DNA of 64,000 nucleotides from Candidatus Bathyarchaeia archaeon (GTDB lineage Archaea; Thermoproteota; Bathyarchaeia; Bathyarchaeales; Bathycorpusculaceae): NCBI GenBank assembly GCA_038727135.1, contig JAVYWL010000001.1, positions 756,021 to 820,020 of the forward strand, read 5' to 3'. Shown piece by piece: positions 57,377 to 64,000 of this stretch (position 1 is its first letter; each line of letters starts with the position of its first letter). The notes under the pieces were generated by a model. It saw only the letters and a program-made list of their open reading frames with translations, ran no database searches and was not told where the DNA came from. The position numbers and the translations under genes were made by a program.

Positions 57377-58873
57377 TTACTTATGCTTTTCTTTAAAGAA
57401 TTTTTGCAGGTATTCTTTGAAGTATCCCTTCTTTTTCAAGTATAACCCATATTTTACGAGGGCGCTCATGGCTCTTGCAGCATCCTCCGGAGAGGAGTAT
57501 GCTGGAATTCCAAGCTTTTCAAACCTTGAGCGGGTGTGCAAAGCCATTTCGGTTTCGCCTATGTCGCATGCAACAATGGGTTTTTCATATTTGCTGGCAA
57601 CCTTTGCCACCCTATCTATGTAGTCCTCTTGCAACGCAGGCGTGTGATGCAGTCCGAGAAGCAGTATCCCATGAATTTCTGGATCTTGGAAGACTATGTC
57701 AGCTGCTAACTCGAACATTTCAGAAGTGGCAGAGCCAGTCACGTCAACGGGGTTTAGGTTTGTTGCAAATTTTGGAAGTTTTCCTTCTCGCTTGAGCTTT
57801 TCAAATTTTTGCAGAGTCTTTTCGGAGAATTGCTTGACAATTAATCCTTGGGTTTCGCATTCATCAGCCGCCAGTATTCCCGGTCCGCCAGCGTCCGTTA
57901 TTATTGCCACGTTTTTCCCTGCAGCTGGTGGCTGCATAACGAGGGCTTTTGCTGCGTCGAAAAATTCTTCCATATCCTTAACCCTTAGAATCCCAGTTTG
58001 TGTGAAGGCGGCGTTGTAGATTTGGTCTGAGCCTGCCATGGCACCTGTGTGGGACGCAGCAGCTCTTGCTCCGGCTTCTGTTTTTCCGGCTTTTAGGGCT
58101 ATTACCGGCTTTTTCTTTGTGACTTTTGAGGCTGCTTCTATGAAGGCTTTTCCATTTTTTACGTCTTCAACATATAGCAATATCACTTTGGTTTCATCGT
58201 CATAATATAGGTAGTGGAGCATTTCTGCTTCGTCTACATCGCTCTTGTTCCCAAAGCTTACAAATTTGCTAACACCTATTTGCCTTCCAGCCAAGTAGTC
58301 GAGGGCTGCCACTCCAAAAGCTCCGCTTTGGGTCACTATGGCTATGTTTCCCCTCATCGGTCTAGGGGTTGCAACAACCTCTTCGCCAGTAGTCAAAATC
58401 TTCGTTTCCGGTAGGAAGAGCATGTCCACTCCCGTTTTGGAATCGTAGACCCCCAGACAGTTAGGACCGAGAACCCTTATCCCTGCCTTTTTCGCAATTT
58501 CAACAACTTTCCTTTCCAGCTCGTAGTTTCCAACTTCCCCAAAGCCAGAACTGATTATGACAACGGCTTCAACCTTCTTGGCTGCGGCGTCCTCCATAAT
58601 TTCTGGAACAATTTCGGCTGGGACAACAATGACGACAAGCTCAAGCGTTCCGGGGATTTTTGTTAGTTTTGGGTAACATTGAAAACCTAAAATGTAATCC
58701 TCGTGGGGGTTTACTGGGTAAAGCTCCCCTTTAAAAACTCCTCTTCTCTTGTTTTCAACAAAATTCTTGAATATGACGTGCCCAGCCTTGCTTATCTTTT
58801 TAGTGGCGCCCACAACAGCCACAGACTCCGGATTGAAGAAGGCGTCAAGCTGTTTCACAGAAGCCTCCAACAC
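57377..58873 (-). CDS. acdA: ADP-forming acyl/acetyl-CoA synthetase alpha subunit
   Basis: PESVAVVGA, GPNCLG, QSGA, SHTGAMAG phospho-His, NPVDVTG. Confidence 0.92.
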   Translation of the reverse strand: MLEASVKQLDAFFNPESVAVVGATKKISKAGHVIFKNFVENKRRGVFKGELYPVNPHEDYILGFQCYPKLTKIPGTLELVVIVVPAEIVPEIMEDAAAKKVEAVVIISSGFGEVGNYELERKVVEIAKKAGIRVLGPNCLGVYDSKTGVDMLFLPETKILTTGEEVVATPRPMRGNIAIVTQSGAFGVAALDYLAGRQIGVSKFVSFGNKSDVDEAEMLHYLYYDDETKVILLYVEDVKNGKAFIEAASKVTKKKPVIALKAGKTEAGARAAASHTGAMAGSDQIYNAAFTQTGILRVKDMEEFFDAAKALVMQPPAAGKNVAIITDAGGPGILAADECETQGLIVKQFSEKTLQKFEKLKREGKLPKFATNLNPVDVTGSATSEMFELAADIVFQDPEIHGILLLGLHHTPALQEDYIDRVAKVASKYEKPIVACDIGETEMALHTRSRFEKLGIPAYSSPEDAARAMSALVKYGLYLKKKGYFKEYLQKFFKEKHK

Positions 58874-59408
58874 TCTTCACCCTTTTTAATGATGGTTAAG
58901 CTCTGCTGTTCTTTTGCTGGTTTATCCTTTGCTCTTTATTTCCTTTTCTGACGGATGAAGCAGATAAATGTGTGCTTTTTCGTTTATAGTTGTTTGGACT
59001 GTTATGTCGGTATTGTTTAGCAAGACTTTCCAGGGGTCCGGGGGGTTGCCTTGGAGAAGCATCTTCGGAATCGTAACGTTGCAGAAGCCAACAGTATCCA
59101 GTGGACCTGTGACGTTGAAGATTAACTTTTATCAAGCTGTAGAAACCGGAATGCCGATATGGTGGAGATGCCAACTCGAGATAAAGTTGTTGTAATGAAT
59201 GGTGTTGTTTTGCGCATCATTTAACGATATACTCCAAACACCAGTTTCAAAAGTGTATTATTTCAATAAGATTGTTATCAGAGTGATTTAACGTTATACG
59301 TACAATGTTCTCTGTCAGCGAAATAAAGGCTCAAAAAGAAAAAGATGGGAATTTGCGGGAGAAATCGCCATGAGCAAGGGCTCAAATCCCACTCCCGGCA
59401 CTTGATTT

Positions 59409-60578
59409 TTATGAAATTATTTCCAGAGTTGTTGTTTTTTGGGTTGATATTTCCAGCTGATCTCCAAACCCTTTCTTGACATTGGCATTTTTTATGGCTA
59501 TTTTGCTTCCTACTTTTAGGTTTGCGGCTATTTCGACATTTTTGCGCCAAGCCGAAACCCATATCCTTCCAGTTTCATCTTTTATCTCAAAAACCGCCAA
59601 TTTCACGGTTTCTCCCCTTAAGGTTTTGACTTCTCTTATTAAGGGTTTGGTTGCGACTTCGCCTTTAACGCATATACCCCTTAAACCATCTTCTAATTCA
59701 GCTATCTTGAGGAACTCTGGTTCTTCTGTGAAAATGTTTAGGTAGGACCTTGAATCAACGTGCAGTTCAAGGCTTCCGTCTAAGGCTTTCTTAACTTTTG
59801 CATTTGCTATGTAGAGTTTGACGCCTTCTTTTGCAAGTTTTTCCGCCTCGTCAACTTTGTCATTCCATATCACCACTGATATTTCGCCGGTTTCGTCAGC
59901 CAACATGAGGCGCATAACTTTTCCGGCGGTGGAGTCTTGCCTCGTGAAAGCTGATGCTCTAGAGACTTTTTTAACTTCGCCAATTATGTTCACACGCTTG
60001 TTCTTAAAAGCGTCCAGCGCTCCAGCTTTTGTTGCGAGTTCTGTAATTTTTGGAAAGAGTTCTGCTTCGGCGTCTTTGGGCTCTATTTCAATTTCGCCCT
60101 TCTCACCTATATGGAGTTCAATGTTCCCTAGGCGCCCCTCCTTTGTGTAGCCGTGGCGAAACCTTAGGATTTGTCCAATCCTCACCTTATCTTTTTCAGC
60201 ATAAACTGTTTTATCGTTCCATAAGACAACATGTATTGTGCCGCTTTTGTCAGCGATTATTAGGCTTGCAGTCTTTGCCTTTTCGCTTTTCTTGCCTTTC
60301 CCAAAATCTTTTGGAGGAAAAGTGGCTACAACACGCCCTGCAACGGTTACATCGCTTAGGCCTGGAACAAGGTTACTTATTAGAAGCGTCGGCTCCTCGG
60401 TCTTGTTTGCGGCGATTTCGACGCCAAGTTCCGCGGCTATTGTTCGTAATAGAACCTCGTTGGAGATTAAGCCTCCAGTTTTGTGCCTTTTTTCCTCAAG
60501 TCTTTTGAGAATTTCCTCTCTTGAAACTCCTTTAAGCTTTGAAGTTATTTGGCTAATTATACTTTCAACGTCAACCAT
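59409..60578 (-). CDS. Replication protein A (multi-OB-fold ssDNA-binding protein)
   Basis: Three repeats of D.TG.I.V..W (DKSGTIHVVLW, DETGEISVVIW, DETGRIWVSAW). Confidence 0.9.
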   Translation of the reverse strand: MVDVESIISQITSKLKGVSREEILKRLEEKRHKTGGLISNEVLLRTIAAELGVEIAANKTEEPTLLISNLVPGLSDVTVAGRVVATFPPKDFGKGKKSEKAKTASLIIADKSGTIHVVLWNDKTVYAEKDKVRIGQILRFRHGYTKEGRLGNIELHIGEKGEIEIEPKDAEAELFPKITELATKAGALDAFKNKRVNIIGEVKKVSRASAFTRQDSTAGKVMRLMLADETGEISVVIWNDKVDEAEKLAKEGVKLYIANAKVKKALDGSLELHVDSRSYLNIFTEEPEFLKIAELEDGLRGICVKGEVATKPLIREVKTLRGETVKLAVFEIKDETGRIWVSAWRKNVEIAANLKVGSKIAIKNANVKKGFGDQLEISTQKTTTLEIIS

Positions 60579-60641
60579 TCAGCCAGTTACCACATTGGAA
60601 CATGAGAAGCGGAGCTATTAAGACTTATCAATGGTTTTAGG

Positions 60642-60718
60642 TGGAGCCTCGGGCGGGCTTCGATCCCGCGACCTACGGCTTACAAGGCCGTTGCTCTACC
60701 AGGCTGAGCTACCGAGGC
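60642..60718 (-). tRNA. tRNA-Thr(UGU), CCA encoded, no intron
   Basis: GCCTCGG/CCGAGGC acceptor stem, TAGCTCAG D-arm, ACGGC-CTTGTAA-GCCGT anticodon arm, GCGGG/CCCGC T-stem. Confidence 0.95.
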
Positions 60719-60846
60719 GCTTGGCACTTTGTCTTTATACGCTATCATAGGCATGTCAGAACAAAAATAAAAATGTTAACCGTTGACGAGCAGCTTCTTT
60801 CTTAACGGTTGAAACATTCAGTCTTCACAATATAAAAAGGAGGAGC

Positions 60847-62028
60847 CTAGGCGGCTTTGTAGTAGGTCATTAATAGGTTTAGCCAAGTTGTTTCCTTCAC
60901 AAAACATTGCACATAGATTTCGTATCCGCTGCTGTAGGCTTGTAGGTTTGGCGGGAAGTTTATTGTAAGCCCAAACTGTTTTGTGTCAAGGTTCCCTTGC
61001 GGATTTATGTGATTTTCTGCAAACACCACGGCGGCTATTTTTCTCATGAGGTTTAGTGCCAGCATATCGACGACTTCATCTTCCGCTTTTTCTTTAATTA
61101 TTTCCGCAAATTTGTAGAGGTCTATGTAGTAGTAGGCACCCATTGTGCCCATAATGAATTTTTGCTGAGATGCCCCTTTAGCGTCTGCGATTATTCCTTT
61201 GTATGTATCGATGTTTTGGCTTAGATAATCAGCGAAGGCGTTTAGGCTTTCAGCCATCTCAGGAACTTTGGCTTCGTCTATGGCTGAGAGTTGGACGAAA
61301 TATGTGGACTTCATGTTAGCATAGTAGCTAACGTATTGTTCCACAATCTCCTTGCTAAACGTGTAGGGGTCAACATTTGGGTTCGCCGATAGATACTGCA
61401 TCAGGCTTTCATATGGCCAACCGTATCCAGGTATAAGCATCTCTGAGCCTATAACAATGTTTGCGACATCTTTCAGCTCATAACAGACCTCAACCATGCC
61501 CATTAGGCATGCGTCAAAGCCGACAATGTCAATCTTAACTTTATAGTTCTGCTCAGCCTCTGTTAGGGCGGTTTCTATGTCATGTGGCGAGAGATGATTT
61601 CCGCTTGACTCATCCCAGCAGACTCCACGGTAACCTCCACCATGATCCCATAAGTCGAGGAGGTAATGCTCTGCAGAATATTTCTTCAAAACGTATTTTA
61701 CAAACCATGCTAGGGTCTTTGGGGAACCCATGTCAACCTCTCCAAGCGAAAGAATGACTTCAACACTGTTGTGGGTGACCTTGTAGAGGTATGCTGGTTG
61801 GTCTAGCCTGTCCATTAAGACTATCACATTCACGTTTGCCCCTGGCATTAAACCGGCGCTCATTTGCTGAACATTTAAAGGACCATAAGGGTCGAGGTTA
61901 TTGTCAGCGTCCAGGTAAACCATGAAAGTCCACGAAGCCTTTGAGGGCTTGGCAGAAACAACAACTGAAAATTCGCTTAAAAGAAATGCGGCAACTAAAG
62001 CGATAAAAACAATTTTGGCGCCCTTCAT
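60847..62028 (-). CDS. Secreted clostripain-family (C11) cysteine peptidase
   Basis: Signal peptide; WTFMVYLDADNNL, WDHGGG (His), FDACLM (Cys). Confidence 0.9.
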   Translation of the reverse strand: MKGAKIVFIALVAAFLLSEFSVVVSAKPSKASWTFMVYLDADNNLDPYGPLNVQQMSAGLMPGANVNVIVLMDRLDQPAYLYKVTHNSVEVILSLGEVDMGSPKTLAWFVKYVLKKYSAEHYLLDLWDHGGGYRGVCWDESSGNHLSPHDIETALTEAEQNYKVKIDIVGFDACLMGMVEVCYELKDVANIVIGSEMLIPGYGWPYESLMQYLSANPNVDPYTFSKEIVEQYVSYYANMKSTYFVQLSAIDEAKVPEMAESLNAFADYLSQNIDTYKGIIADAKGASQQKFIMGTMGAYYYIDLYKFAEIIKEKAEDEVVDMLALNLMRKIAAVVFAENHINPQGNLDTKQFGLTINFPPNLQAYSSGYEIYVQCFVKETTWLNLLMTYYKAA

Positions 62029-62100
62029 ATGTTTCTCCCGTTATGTAGAACCTTTAATCTGGTTTATATGAATTGTTTCTACAGTGAAAAATGCATACGT

Positions 62101-62112
62101 AACCCTTATATG
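62101..62112 (+). promoter_or_regulatory. Candidate BRE/TATA promoter for the 23S rRNA precursor
   Basis: AACCCTTATATG about 190 bp upstream of the 23S 5' end. Confidence 0.45.
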
Positions 62113-62299
62113 GCTGAAAGCCGCTTCAGAATTATTTTGGCTACATTACGTTAAGCCATTGAACATGATGCAGCTCCCCATCGCGATGGTGGTGGGGCGA
62201 AGGGCGAGTGAGCCTTTAAGCTCATAATGAAGCCATGCATAGGCCCATAAAAGCAAACGCAAATCACAGCCAACGTCAAACAGACACCGCAAAATGCCC

Positions 62300-64000
<1,701 letters not shown>

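Noticed and set aside
58896-59195. 75-aa and 92-aa ORFs between acdA and RPA
   Set aside because: No recognisable motif or SD; cannot be distinguished from chance or a decayed gene

Overview
Archaeal chromosome segment, most consistent with a TACK-group archaeon such as Bathyarchaeia (inferred from gene content and frequent TTG starts, not from a search). Most of it is housekeeping: aIF5B, thermosome, TtuA, a 2-oxoacid dehydrogenase E1a/E1b/E2 cluster, TiaS, AlaRS, S13-S4-S11, SMC-ScpAB, the rpoD...gltX ribosomal/isoprenoid superoperon, the proteasome-exosome superoperon, tRNA-Thr and the 5' part of a 23S rRNA gene with no 16S upstream. The standout is a ~4.4 kb integrated element (45994-50421). 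It has perfect 70-bp terminal inverted repeats ending in telomere-like (TTTGGG)n and is flanked by a 14-bp direct repeat (GGTTAAATTTTAAG). It encodes a stand-alone Cas1 with intact catalytic residues but no CRISPR array, no cas2 and no family-B polymerase. It also carries a frameshifted AEP primase-polymerase-like gene, small putative DNA-binding proteins and an AN1 zinc-finger membrane cargo gene. I read it as a compact, PolB-less casposon-like transposon. Secondary points: a roadblock/pilin/wHTH cluster, a dispersed 48-bp intergenic motif and a split S11-rpoD operon.
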